From assembly GCF_009914755.1 (NCBI RefSeq), contig NC_060935.1: DNA of 64,000 bases. One strand, written 5' to 3'. A program made the position numbers and the translations under genes. Below the pieces are notes generated by a model. It saw only the letters and a list, made by a program, of their open reading frames with translations. It was not told the DNA's origin and searched no databases. The DNA is from the human T2T-CHM13v2.0 reference genome, Homo sapiens. Below, in pieces: positions 52,205 through 64,000 of this stretch. Numbering within the stretch: the stretch's first letter is position 1; the number at the start of each line of letters is the position of its first letter.

Positions 52205-53294
52205 GTTCATATTAGAATTCTAAGCCCATCTTAGATTAAAAATAAAAGGCGGGAGAGCTCCTCTATAAGCAATTATAAAGAGAGCAAGGAAGAATGAAGT
52301 AAAATATAAACAGCAGCGATAAGACTTAAAAAATAAGTTATTACAGATCAGCCATCATAAGATCAAATATTTATCAATCCTTGAGTAATATCTGAGGACA
52401 TCATTACATGAAGTGGCTAAAACATAATCCCTATGCTTTAAGAAAACAGAACATGATGAACTGCATTTAATAAATATTCCCATTCAAAAATGAATTGAAA
52501 TATAAAAGTTTATGTACTGGCAATATTTAGCCCTTAGCTATCTGCAAACCTTAGCTCTGTGGAATGGCTTGCTCCTCAAAAATTCCAGGTGGATTGCTGA
52601 ACCACAGTTCAGGTCTATAAACATTAACTGACTGACTACTATGTGCCAGAAGTGAGAGGTACAAAAATGGATGATATATTGTTTCTACTCTCAGGGAGCT
52701 TAGACCGTGTGTGAGATAGGCAAAAAGCAGACAATTATAACAACATATTTTGACAGCTGTGGGCAAGCGGTCACTGGGAACTCAGAAAAGGAGTGCTTAG
52801 TCAAGACTTGAGAATGAATGGAAATCTGTGAGGAAAGAGATGGAAAACAACAAGATATGAAAAGAAAAAAAAAAAAAAGAAAAGAAAAGATCAGCCATTC
52901 TATTTATTTCTTGGATTCCAGAAACTGATGCTTCAAAATAATTCTTTACTACTGAATAAAGGTGACAATTAATATGCTGTATTATTTTACATTTGAAATT
53001 AGCAATGAACTTAACTCTGTTCTTGGTCTTTATTTCAGCTTAGTTTAGACTTGATTAAAAAAAAAAAAAAGGACAGGATTTTAATTACAGAGTTAGAAAC
53101 GTGAAGTTAAAGTTATTTTGCAGGGCTGTAGCCTTAGACAAGTCACTTAACTCTGAGGCTCAGTTTCTATATCTATAAGATGAGGCTAATGAAAAGAATG
53201 AGAGAAGGCAGAGTCCAATGAGTTGTTAATAATAAAATGTTATATATGCAAAAGGATCAATTTTATTACTTATTTTCCAGCCTGGGAATGAAGG

Positions 53295-53720
53295 CTATTT
53301 TGATGTTTTGGTTGCAAGATACAGAAAAGACAATAATTCAAACTGCTTAAACAATAAGAATATTTGTTGACCACAAGCACTAAGGTCATTATTCTAAAGA
53401 GTTCGGGCCCACTTCCCTGCCAATCTTTTGCCCTGGCCTTCCTCTGCATGGGGATGGTGTATCCTCAGGAAGGTAGTAAGATAACTGTGGCAGTTCTAGA
53501 CTTCACCTCCATGAGCAACAAGGAGGTTGGCATATAGAAGGTCTCTCAGAAGATCAAATCCAACTTTTCCCAAGAACCCCATGGAAATTCTTCCTGCATT
53601 TTATAGATCTCCAAATGAATCACATGGCCAGTCCAGAACCAAACACTGGCAAGGCGGATAGCATTAACCTTAGACAAGTCAGGCTTGGAGTTTGAGTAGG
53701 CAATGTTTCTCCTAAGGTAC
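53295..53720 (-). mobile_element. Old MLT1 (MaLR) LTR relic
   Basis: ttttggttgcaagatacagaaa...cttaaacaataag...tcacatggcc pattern. Confidence 0.55.
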
Positions 53721-55501
53721 ATGGGTTTTGTAGTTGAGGAATAAATACTTGTACAACAAGTTCTGTGAGGAAGAAGGGAGGGGACAAATGAATGATGAAT
53801 AGGCAACAAAAAGCATTCCCCAAAGCTATAAAGGTATATGCAATTCCCTTTTTTAATTTTTTTATTAGAAAACAATATTACTAGAAATATTGGCATAACT
53901 TTTAAATTATATACATATTCATACATATTCACACAACCTGTATACATAATCAGATTGAAATTACAGTAAAAATACACTTACCATGATGGAACTAAATTTC
54001 AGCTATTATACCAAAGGAAACAATTTAGTAATTTTGAGGCAGAAAAAAAAGCATGGGCTTTGTTGTCTGACAAATATGAGTTTGAATTCTAGTTTTGTAA
54101 TAAACTAGATATGTGATCTTGGGCAACTTGGAGACATTCCAACCCTCTTCACAGTAAAATGAGAATAAAATTAGTTAACATATTGAATTGCTATAAAATA
54201 AAATAAAATGACATAATATGAAAATACTTGTCCTTGCACTAAGGTACTGAATAATTATTAGTTCATGTCTCACGAGCTGCCTTTTTTTCCTCTATCCCTA
54301 GTGCTCCAAGGTATCAGTTTAGTTCAAATAATTAAAATCTAAAAATATTTTATGGTACATACTTCTTATATGTGCTAATTTAGGTGCTGGGTATCGTAAA
54401 TGGTTAGAACGTGATTCTTGTCATCAAAAGGTTTTTGATTGAACACATGACACAGATGTCTGAATAGTCAACTTGACAACAAAACAGAATAGAAAAGTTC
54501 TGCGCCTAATAGAAGGAGACAACAGCCAGGCCCCACTTATCTGCACTTCTAGACTAGACAAGTCATTTTCCCCTCTGTGGCCGAGTGCCATATTTCCTCT
54601 GTGAGCACACCATATAGGCTGCCATTCCCCTGTTGCTACAGTGCTGATGATTTGTCTGCAACCAGTTTCCTGTGGTTTCTTGAGTAGAATCAAAGACACC
54701 TGACAGGGCAACATCTGCTCTCAGGCTGTGCAGCTGCAGGGCTCTCCCATTTGGATACCAGGACAGGAAATCATGTGTGAGAAATCTGCTCTCTTTTTCA
54801 GAGACAAGGTGCATTCAGGAGGCCTGCCAAGTAGATTCTCTACAAAAATCTGCTGAGGCCCCCAACATGCCAATTGGTCTTCACTGAGACCTTCTGAATA
54901 ACAGACATTAATGAACCAGAAATGAGGAAGACTTGGGCCCTGCTCTCAAGTAGCTCATAATCACATTTATGTTCATTACAGGATGTGTACCAATAACTAC
55001 ATAATGAGAAGTTGAAAATGGTAAGGTGATAACATTTTCATTTGCACAGCACTGTACAATTTTATATACTTCATTTCCTTTCTCTTGAGATATGGGCATG
55101 TATTTTTGGATTTATTTATTAAATTAACTTTTACTGAGCCCCTACTTTGTGCTATCAGGGAATATAAAAATAAATACGCTAGATATTCATTTGCTTATTT
55201 GCTAATTTATTTGTATATGTCCTTCCAAAAGCGACCTAAAACATAAATAAATTTTGGTCCTTTATTGCTGAGAGATGAGGACAATGTTATTCTTGGTTTG
55301 TGGTAGAGAAGTAAAGGTTACGCGGACTGTAAATTAAGTCATCTTGGTATATTTGGCTGCAGGGTCTTCTGCTAACTCATTGTTCTCTCTTTTAAAATAC
55401 TTGGCTACTAAGAAGGCTATGAGAGGTTACACAAAGATTATCTTCCTTCAGGGAAGCTAGAACAAATTTATGGTAGAATTCCCATTAGCCTGAAAGACAG
55501 A

Positions 55502-55658
55502 GGCTGGGTGTTATGGCTCACGCCTATAATCGCAGCACTTTGGAAGGCCAAGGAGAGAGAACTGCTTGGGACCAAAATTTGAGACCAGCCTGGACAAAAC
55601 AGCAACACCCAATCTCTAATAAAATAAATTAAGAATAAATAAATAACTAAACAAATAA
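55502..55658 (+). mobile_element. FLAM / free left Alu monomer
   Basis: Single degenerate monomer with A-rich tail. Confidence 0.85.
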
Positions 55659-55974
55659 ATGGAAGAGAGATGGTAGAGAAATACTTGAGATGATCTTTCA
55701 AGCTTTATAACCCACCCTCCCTTATATGTTCACTAGCCTCAGTCAACTAGAATTTTTTTGGTCTTTCAGTAAACTCTGATCTTCCCTGACTCCAGGCTTT
55801 TCTTCAAACTGTCTCACTCACCTGCAATGTCTTCCTCATGTCCAAACAAACAATCTAAAAGTTTTCTACACAGTTACAGTGAAAACACATTTTGCAACTT
55901 CTCAATCAAATCAAGGAACAGACCTGATTATAACTGACATCTAGAACCTCTATAGCCACCCCTGGGATATAAAT

Positions 55975-56318
55975 GTTATCATGTGCTGCCATAACAACGT
56001 TTTGGTCAATACAAACTGCATATAAGATAGTGGTCTCATAAGATTATAATACCATATTTTACTGTACCTTTTCTATATGTATATATGTTTAGGTATATAA
56101 ATAACATTGTATTACAACTGCCTACCATATGCAGTATAGTAACATGCTGCACAGGTTTGCAGTCAAGGAGCAGTGGGTCATACCATGTAGCCTAGGTATA
56201 TTGCAGGCTACACCATCTAGGCTTGTGTAAGTACACTCTATGATATTTGCACAACAGTGAAATTGCCTAATGATGCATTTCTCAGAACCTATCCCTCTCG
56301 TTAAGTGATGCATGGCTG
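55975..56318. mobile_element. Tigger3-like (TcMar) DNA transposon
   Basis: cataacaacgttttggtcaa...cataagattataat... ending cgttaagtgatgcatggctg. Confidence 0.82.
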
Positions 56319-56764
56319 TTTTTGTACAATTTCTATTTTAAAAAAATATATATAAGGAAACTAAGCCTTCAGAGTTAGTTCTTCCCAGGGAGAAAGTTAA
56401 TCTCAGGCCCTTTGGATTCCCCCTGTTGTTGGTTTCCTCTACGTGTTTAGCACTATAGTAGCATGTCCTGAAGTTGAATCAATGTAAAGCAGAATTTTCA
56501 CAGTAATCCCTGTAAGGCAGAGATTATTGCCTGTTTTTCTCACCTGCTATATCCAAAATACCTAGAAGAGTGCCTAGCATATAGTAAGTTCTCAGCAAAT
56601 ATTTGTGTTTTTTAATGATTTCAGAATTTAATAATACATTTCTATACAATTTGGCTCCTAAATATATGCCACCTTTTTCATTTGCCGCAAAGAACCACTC
56701 ACTTGTTCCAACAGTAAAGGAAGACTATTAGATTTATTTAAAGATGGTAGACTTTGCTCTGTAC

Positions 56765-56919
56765 TTTTTTTTTCCTTCAATTTTTATGTTAAGTTCTAGG
56801 GTACATGTGCACGATATTCAGGCTTGTTACATAGGTAAATGTGTGCCATGGTGATTTGCTGCACAGATCATCTCATCAGGTATGTATTAAGCCCAGCATC
56901 CATGAGCTCTTCTTCCTGA
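56765..56919 (-). mobile_element. Short 3' end of an older L1PA (PA10-13-like)
   Basis: gggtacatgtgc...gcacagatca...tattaagcccagcatcc. Confidence 0.85.
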
Positions 56920-58824
56920 ATATTTGTTGAATGAATTATTAAATATTTATTTAATCAAACTGATTTCTGTATGTACAATGAGGAAGATAAAAAGTGAGGT
57001 TTGAAGTCGGAGTCTGACTCTAGATACCACAACTTTGTTAAGATTTGAGGTTTGGCATAGGCCCGTACATGTTTTTCTATTGCTGAGTTTAGAAAGAAAA
57101 ATCTTTGTTTAAAACATTTTCCAAATTTATTTTTAAAAAAATAAATATCATATATAAATTATATCTCAATGTTTTTAATAGTTATTGAAAAAAACTATAT
57201 ACCAAATTATACTCTTATGTTCATGACATAATTAACTCTGCTGAGAGAGTATACATTTCTGAAACTATCATAGTCATCATTTCCCAGTTTTATTACATGG
57301 ATCAAGGTGTTTAACATAGGCTGTTTTTCAATTACTTCATATTGATACAAAGTTGAACGACAAACCATAGAAAGTCAAGGATTTCAAATCACATCTGGAA
57401 TGGATACTAGGATGATATGTGTAATTTATGATCTTACCACCTGATTGACTGCAAAATTGTTAAGAAAGATTCCCTGAGGTAATCCAATTTGTTTTTAGTA
57501 CCTAATTAACACTTCCCAGTGGTTTCTGGATGGGATAATTGAGAAATGTAATGCTTATAAGATTGAAATCAGGCATTGAGGTATCCTATTAAGTCAAGAA
57601 TTTACCTGTTATTGGCAATGTATTTAACTGATGGCAGAGACAGCATTAGAAAAAAAGAATGGAGTAGATATTTAGGAAAAAGAAGACAGGTAGCTGAATT
57701 ATTTGCACTTTTAGAGGAATTGATGGCAAATACATGTTCGACTCTTATATCAAAATTGCATCCTGGAGGGAAGAATATACAGACTTAAAGTTCCAAGTCA
57801 GAAAGGATGAATCAAAGAGACCATGGGAGAGATAGTACTAACATTAATTAAGTGACTGGATCAGATACTGTTCTAATAAGCATATGTGCTTTATCTCACT
57901 TAATCCTCAAAAGAACAAATATGAGGTGCATATATCACTATCTTCATTTTTTATATGAAGAAACCAAGGTTCACAAAGCTTTTAAGATTTCAAGCAGCAA
58001 GAAGGTGACAGTGATTGGTATTATTGTAAAAACTGTAGGCATTATTTATGATAATTTAGGAGTGCAAAGGCCAGGTACAAACCAAAAAAAAGTAGCTTGG
58101 AGTGGTAGTTCTCACTCTCTTTCTCTGTGTGGTGACGTACATGGAAGAAATCACAGCATTCACATACAGCCACAATTTCCTGGGCATCCTCAGATCACAT
58201 GCTGCAGCATAGCAAAAATCGGCTGTGGTTAACATGCAATTCTATGAACACTACAACTCAAGAAAGCACATAGAGAGGTAAAAGAACTTTTATTTTCCTG
58301 ATATCCTTAAATCAACTTGAATTTGTTTTTTAAGTAAATAAGTGCTTAATTAGCAACAAATTGCAATTGATCACAAGGCAGTAATGTGTAGCAATCTTAT
58401 GTTTTAAAGTTGCCTAGAAGAGGTTAGGATGCCAGGTACAAAATTAAAAACCATGGATTGGCAAAGAAAAAATTAGATAAACTGATTTTTCTTTCCTTGA
58501 TTTGAGTGGTAGGTTACAAGCATAGAGGATGCAGTAGCTCTCATTTACTTTGTTCTTAGCAAGTGTTGTACTATTTCACACTACACTCTTCTCCAGTAGC
58601 AAGGTAACAGGGAATATCTTGGCTGAACCACTGGAAGGTAGAAGATGGCCGAGTCCAGGGAAATATTCAAAAACTCAAATCTTCCACTGCCCAGTTCAGT
58701 GAAAAGGCCATCTTATGTCGTGGAGAAAACATGGGGTTTAGAATCAGGTGGTTTGTATTCAAGTTCTTTCTGTCTTGCTTGCCTGGCTTTCTAGCCTTGG
58801 ATCACTTAACCTCTTCACTTCACT

Positions 58825-60740
58825 TTCCTTCATTCACTTAAGTATGTTTATTGAAGACCTACTATTTCCTAGGCATGGTTCTAGGTGCTGGGAATATAGT
58901 GGTAAAAAAGACAAAGTTCTGCTTTCACAGAGCTTACATTCTAATGAAAGAAACAGCCAAACTATGAAGCTGTAACTACTTACATAAAATATTAGGTAGC
59001 AATATGTGCTGTGAAAATAACTTTTTAAAAAAACTGTAGCAGTGTAAGAAGAGAGAGTAGAAGGATGTATGTGGACTATTTTATTTTATTATTATTTTTT
59101 TATCATTAGAAATACATCTGTATTTTTAAATCCAAAATCTAACTAGATAACATGGCTGCTTCTTTGGTTTTCTTTTTCTTTTTTTTTTTTTTTTATTATA
59201 CTTTAAGTTTTAGGGTACATGTGCACATTGTGCAGGTTAGTTACATATGTATACATGTGCCATGCTGGTGCGCTGCACCCACTAACGCGTCATCTAGCAT
59301 TAGGTATATCTCCCAATGCTATCCCTCCCCCCTCCCCCCACCCCACTACAGTCCCCAGAGTGTGATATTCCCCTTCCTGTGTCCATGTGATCTCATTGTT
59401 CAATTCCCACCTATGAGTGAGAATATGCGGTGTTTGGTTTTTTGTTCTTGCGATAGTTTACTGAGAATGATGGTTTCCAATTTCATCCATGTCCCTACAA
59501 AGGACCTGAACTCATCATTTTTTATGGCTGCATAGTATTCCATGGTGTATATGTGCCACATTTTCTTAATCCAGTCTATCATTGTTGGACATTTGGGTTG
59601 GTTCCAAGATAAACTACTCAAAGAGGTCTTTTTCAGGAAGGGGTATTTGAACAGAGACCTGGAAAGGAAGAAGTAAGCAGCATTTATTTTTTCCACCAGA
59701 AGTTATTAGCAAATGAGTCAACAGTAATCACAAAGATTTTTGGGCAAGAATAAACTTGGCTTATTCAAGAGACAGCAAAAGATCAGTGTGGCTACAGCAA
59801 GAAAACAGAGAAGAGAGACAGATTAGTCTGAGTATGTTGGAAAGCTTTTGAAGCCAATTTCCCGTTAAAATAGACCTTTCTGGCCGTTGGATAAAGATGT
59901 GACTGGATAAAGAAAGGAGTGGAAACAGGGAGATAAGTTAGGAAACAAATCCCATAGTGTAGGTGAGAGATAATGGAGGGTTTGAATTAGTAGGCAGGCA
60001 CAGACATATGACCAATGGTAACAGTAGTAAGAAGTAGCCATATTTTTCATACTTTGAATATAGAGCTTATAGGATTTTCTAACAGGTTGGTGGTAGGCTC
60101 TGAGGAACATAAGCAGTCAAAGATTAATTTATGTTTTTGGCCTGGGAAGATCCTAAAGCTGAGGGAAATGAAGAATTTTATTTTTATGTGATAAGTCTAA
60201 AGTGACTATGGGATATCAAGGCAGAGCTATTGAATAGTTATGTATTCACATAGGAGATCAGGAAAGATGTAGAAACTGGAGATGGAATTTGGGAGTTATA
60301 AGAACGTGTAACTTATTTAAATTATCTAAAGTCATGGAATGGGCTTGATGGAGTGAAGGAGCATCACTAGAAGGCTAAGCCTTGGTCAACAGTGATACTT
60401 AGAGACTAGCAGAGCTGGAAAAGTCAAATAGATTGAGAAAGAGTGGCCAGCAATATAGGCACTAAATCAGATTTCACTGTACTAGAGACAAGTGAAGAAA
60501 GTTTTAGGAAAGGATAAGTGATCAACTAGGTTGGACATTGCTGAGAGGTAGAGAAAGATGAGAACTAAGAACCGACCAATGCGTTTTGCAAAGTGGAGAT
60601 CATGAGGGACAGACTGAAGCTGCTTCAGTGGAACAGCAGGGAGAAAAGCTTAACCAAAGTGGGTGGAGGAAAGAAGAGGAGGTAAGAAAACAGATAACCT
60701 TGAGTATAGACTACTCCTTTGATGAGCTTTGCTAAATAGG
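58825..60740 (-). mobile_element. L2, interrupted by a young L1
   Basis: cattcactt...ctactatttcctaggcatggttctaggtgctgggaata start; continues after 59608. Confidence 0.78.
59168..59608 (-). mobile_element. Young 5'-truncated L1 (L1PA2/L1HS boundary, GCG/A type)
   Basis: Near-consensus L1HS-like 3' end; GATGAC-GCG-TTAGTGG at 59286-59288; AAAACTTAAAGTAT. Confidence 0.93.
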
Positions 60741-61194
60741 AGGACAAAAAATATGGGAAAGGGTAAAAGAAATTAAGACAGTGATTCTATTTACCAGCAA
60801 ACAGTATTTTGAATATTAAACAAGTGAGTGGATGTAGAAGATCTTTATGAACTCCAAAGCACTATATAAATAATATGTTATTTTGTGACAGGAAGGATCG
60901 GTAGAGATAGGAAATGAAGCATATTGAACAGTATCCTTTATGGCATTGAACTTACCCGCCTTATTCTGTATGTTTTGAAGTGGATGTTTTCTTTACTTTT
61001 ATATAACAATGCATCTGCTAGAATAAAATAATCTGGAAATGTTTGAGTAAATGATCTTATTTAATAGATAAATAACAATTATATATTGTGCATTGGGGGA
61101 ATCTGGAACTTAGAAAAGCTTTGAAATAAATTATACAATATATATTTTATAGGGAAGTTAAGTTCATGAGGATCCTGGTTGTAAAAAATAAATA

Positions 61195-61580
61195 AAATAG
61201 CAAAACCACGGAGATAGCAAAAAGATCAGTGGTTGGTAGGGGTTGGGAGGCTGGAATTTGACTAAGCAGAGAATAAAGGAATTTTAAGACAGTCAAAATA
61301 CTCCTTACAATGTTTTAATCATGAATAAATGTCATTACACGTTTGTTGAAACCCACAGAATGTGCAAAACCAAGAGTAAACCTTAGCGTGAACCATGGAC
61401 TTAGGTGATTATGATGTGTCAAGGTAGATTACTCAACTGTTACAAATTTACCATTCTGGTGGGGAATGTCGTTAGTATAGGAAACTATGCATGTGTGGGG
61501 GCTGGAGTATATGGCAAAGTTTCTGTAACTTCCTCTTAGTTTTTCTGTGAACCTAAAACTGCTCTAAAAAATAAAGTCCA
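61195..61580 (+). mobile_element. L1MC-type 3' end
   Basis: aaaagatcagtggttg...aaacccacagaatgt...tgtgaacctaaaactgctctaaaaaataaagtc. Confidence 0.85.
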
Positions 61581-62032
61581 AAAATGAATGAATTAAAGGC
61601 TTAGATAATTCATAGGATGTTATGAGAAAATAATTTACTTGTATTAAAAATCCCAAATTTTTGCAGCTTCTCCAACATATCTTTTACTATCATATTCAAC
61701 ATCAAAGCAGCAAGCTAGATTTAAAACAACACAAACTTAAAAAATTTAAGTTTGAAGAGACCGGAAGAACCCTAGATGTTACAGTGAATGTTTTGAAGGT
61801 CACAGTTAGTCACAAATTTATTTTGAGTCAGAGAAAAATATTAACCCAAGTACGTTCTGCACAGAACTTGGTACCAATAAATTTTTGTAGAATAAAAGGT
61901 ACCAATAAATTTTTGTAGAATGTTACATGAGTAGATAAACCTTTCCTTACCGACAGGATAAAATTTGCTGATTTCTGGGCTGGGCCTGTGGTTCTGGACA
62001 CTTCATCTCATAGTCAAGGAAATTTTCAGCAA

Positions 62033-62335
<303 letters not shown>

Positions 62336-62939
62336 CAGTGTGTCTTTTACCCAGACTATCTAAGGTAGGTCAACAGATATTGTGAAAACTGTCCAAAAGC
62401 AAAAAGGAAACCTGCCCAATTTTCAATATATGCTAGGGTGAAAATAAAGGTCACTTTTAGTGTGAGAATTAGGCATGTTAGTCAGTATATCATAGTGAAA
62501 GTTTATTGTTCCCTTCAAAAGTATAATTTGGAATAAAAAAATTAATTTTAACTAGATATGTAAAAATGATTCTAATAGAATGACTGGCGTACTTCATCAG
62601 TATATAAAATTTGCAAAAAGGTTATAAAATTCATTAGGAAACATGGTGGTCAAGGTATAAAATGCTAAGATGGACTATTGAATAAAGCTGGGGATATGCG
62701 AGACTATTTCAAAAAATCATAAAAAAAATTTAAAACATCATTCATTTCCACAATGGAATATGTATTTGTAACTAACTTGTAATAATTATAATTAAAGAAT
62801 ACTTTTTTATGCCTTTGTTTTCTAGACTCTGTGGAAGGCTTTGTTATAGCAGCGTAGGAGAAAGAAGCAATAAGTGGTTGTAAAGTCTCTTGCAAACACA
62901 AAATGTTATGTAAATTCTAAATAGAAATAACTGTTGAGA

Positions 62940-62979
62940 GACCAGGCATGGTGGCTCACACCTGTAATCCCAGCCCTTT
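62940..62979 (+). mobile_element. 40-nt tailless Alu 5' fragment between direct repeats
   Basis: GACCAGGCATGGTGGCTCACACCTGTAATCCCAGCCCTTT flanked by tagaaataactg(t/c)tgag. Confidence 0.85.
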
Positions 62980-63293
62980 AGAAATAACTGCTGAGGAGAG
63001 TATTTTCCTTCAAGAGCACGAATACACTCAAGCTATTGACTATGTTTATACAGTGATGTGGAGAAAAGAGAAAAACTGTAAGCAAACAGACCTGGGCTTG
63101 CATCTCTAGTTCTACCACTTTCTAGGTGTGTTCAATTGGGTAAATTGCTTAAAATTTCCAGAAAAATACAGATAATTCCACTTACCTTAGAAGGTTGTTA
63201 AGAGAATTAAATGTAATATTATGTGTAGATTCTAGTATACACAAAGTGGATACATAACAGTTACTATTTTTCTTTCCTCGTCTCTGAGTAAAC

Positions 63294-63489
63294 CAAGCTT
63301 GTCCAACCCCTAGTCCAACACAAATTCATAAACTTTCTTAAAATATAATGAGATTTTTTTGTGATTTTTTTTAATTTTTGTTTTTTAGCTCATCAGCTAT
63401 CGTTAGTGTTAGTGTATTTTATGTGTGGCCCAAGACATTTCTTCATCTTCCAGTGAGGCCCAGAGAAGCCAAAAGATTGAACACCACTG
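63294..63489. mobile_element. MER30-like hAT-Charlie MITE
   Basis: caagcttgtccaaccc...gctcatcagctatcgttagtgttagtg...gccaaaagattgaacacc. Confidence 0.85.
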
Positions 63490-64000
63490 GTTAATTTCCC
63501 CTAAAATGGATAAGAAATACTACAAGGCATTACAACTCCCAATGAGATAAATGGGTGGAAGAGGCATCAGCCTACAGCAACTACCAGAATCATAATTCCT
63601 GGTGTACATATTTAGTTTTTTATCAACATCCTCAATCCTTAAGTGCCCTAAATGATAATGAACTAAGAATAATTATGCTTGTTAGGTAACAATGGGCAAA
63701 TCTTTCTCTACTCTGGAATTCTCTTCCTTTGTGTTTAGCAGGAATGAGCTAGATTCCTCATATATTCATCCAAGGACTCAGTGTGGTCCTTGGATGAATA
63801 CCAGTCTGCAAAACTGTTTGTTTCCCATCTACTACAAAGTATTGAAAATGAAAGTAAGCATTTAGAGACTTTTATAACAATTTGACCAAGTAAGTGTATA
63901 TCTTTTGTTAAAAAAAAAAAGGATTTTATCTTGTATGTTTTTGGTTTATTTCCCCATTTCACTTCTCCAGTAATTCATTTTTATTGCATTTTACAAAAGT

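Noticed and set aside
61970-62000. ttctgggctgggc resembling a recalled exon of the long L27 DLG2 isoform
   Set aside because: Similarity is only ~13 nt, with no matching peptide or splice sites.

Overview
AT-rich, repeat-dense primate DNA, almost certainly human (it carries an AluYd8 and a very young L1). It looks like part of a giant intron of DLG2 (PSD-93/chapsyn-110, transcribed on the minus strand). The only protein-coding sequence I can support is one alternative coding first exon at 27009/26970->26908 (MSPVVKDPDCFTP-MICHCKVACTNNTLSLMFGCK, phase-0 donor AAG|GTAGGA) inside the window's only CpG-island promoter (~26.7-27.95 kb). I recognise the peptide from memory as the palmitoylated PSD-93 alpha-type N-terminus; this was not checked by a search. 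The rest is L1, L2, MIR, Alu, LTR and DNA-transposon relics plus microsatellites; the long ORFs in the track are L1 ORF2 fragments or repeat artefacts. No prokaryotic-type system, CRISPR array or RNA gene was found. The most interesting observations are a two-uORF / two-ATG arrangement that could select between N-termini, a possible acceptor that would make the exon a hybrid first/internal exon, a young GCG/A-type L1 with an apparent 3' transduction, an AluYd8, and a tailless 40-nt Alu with TSDs. Coordinates of old repeats are approximate, and subfamily names come from recalled consensus sequences.
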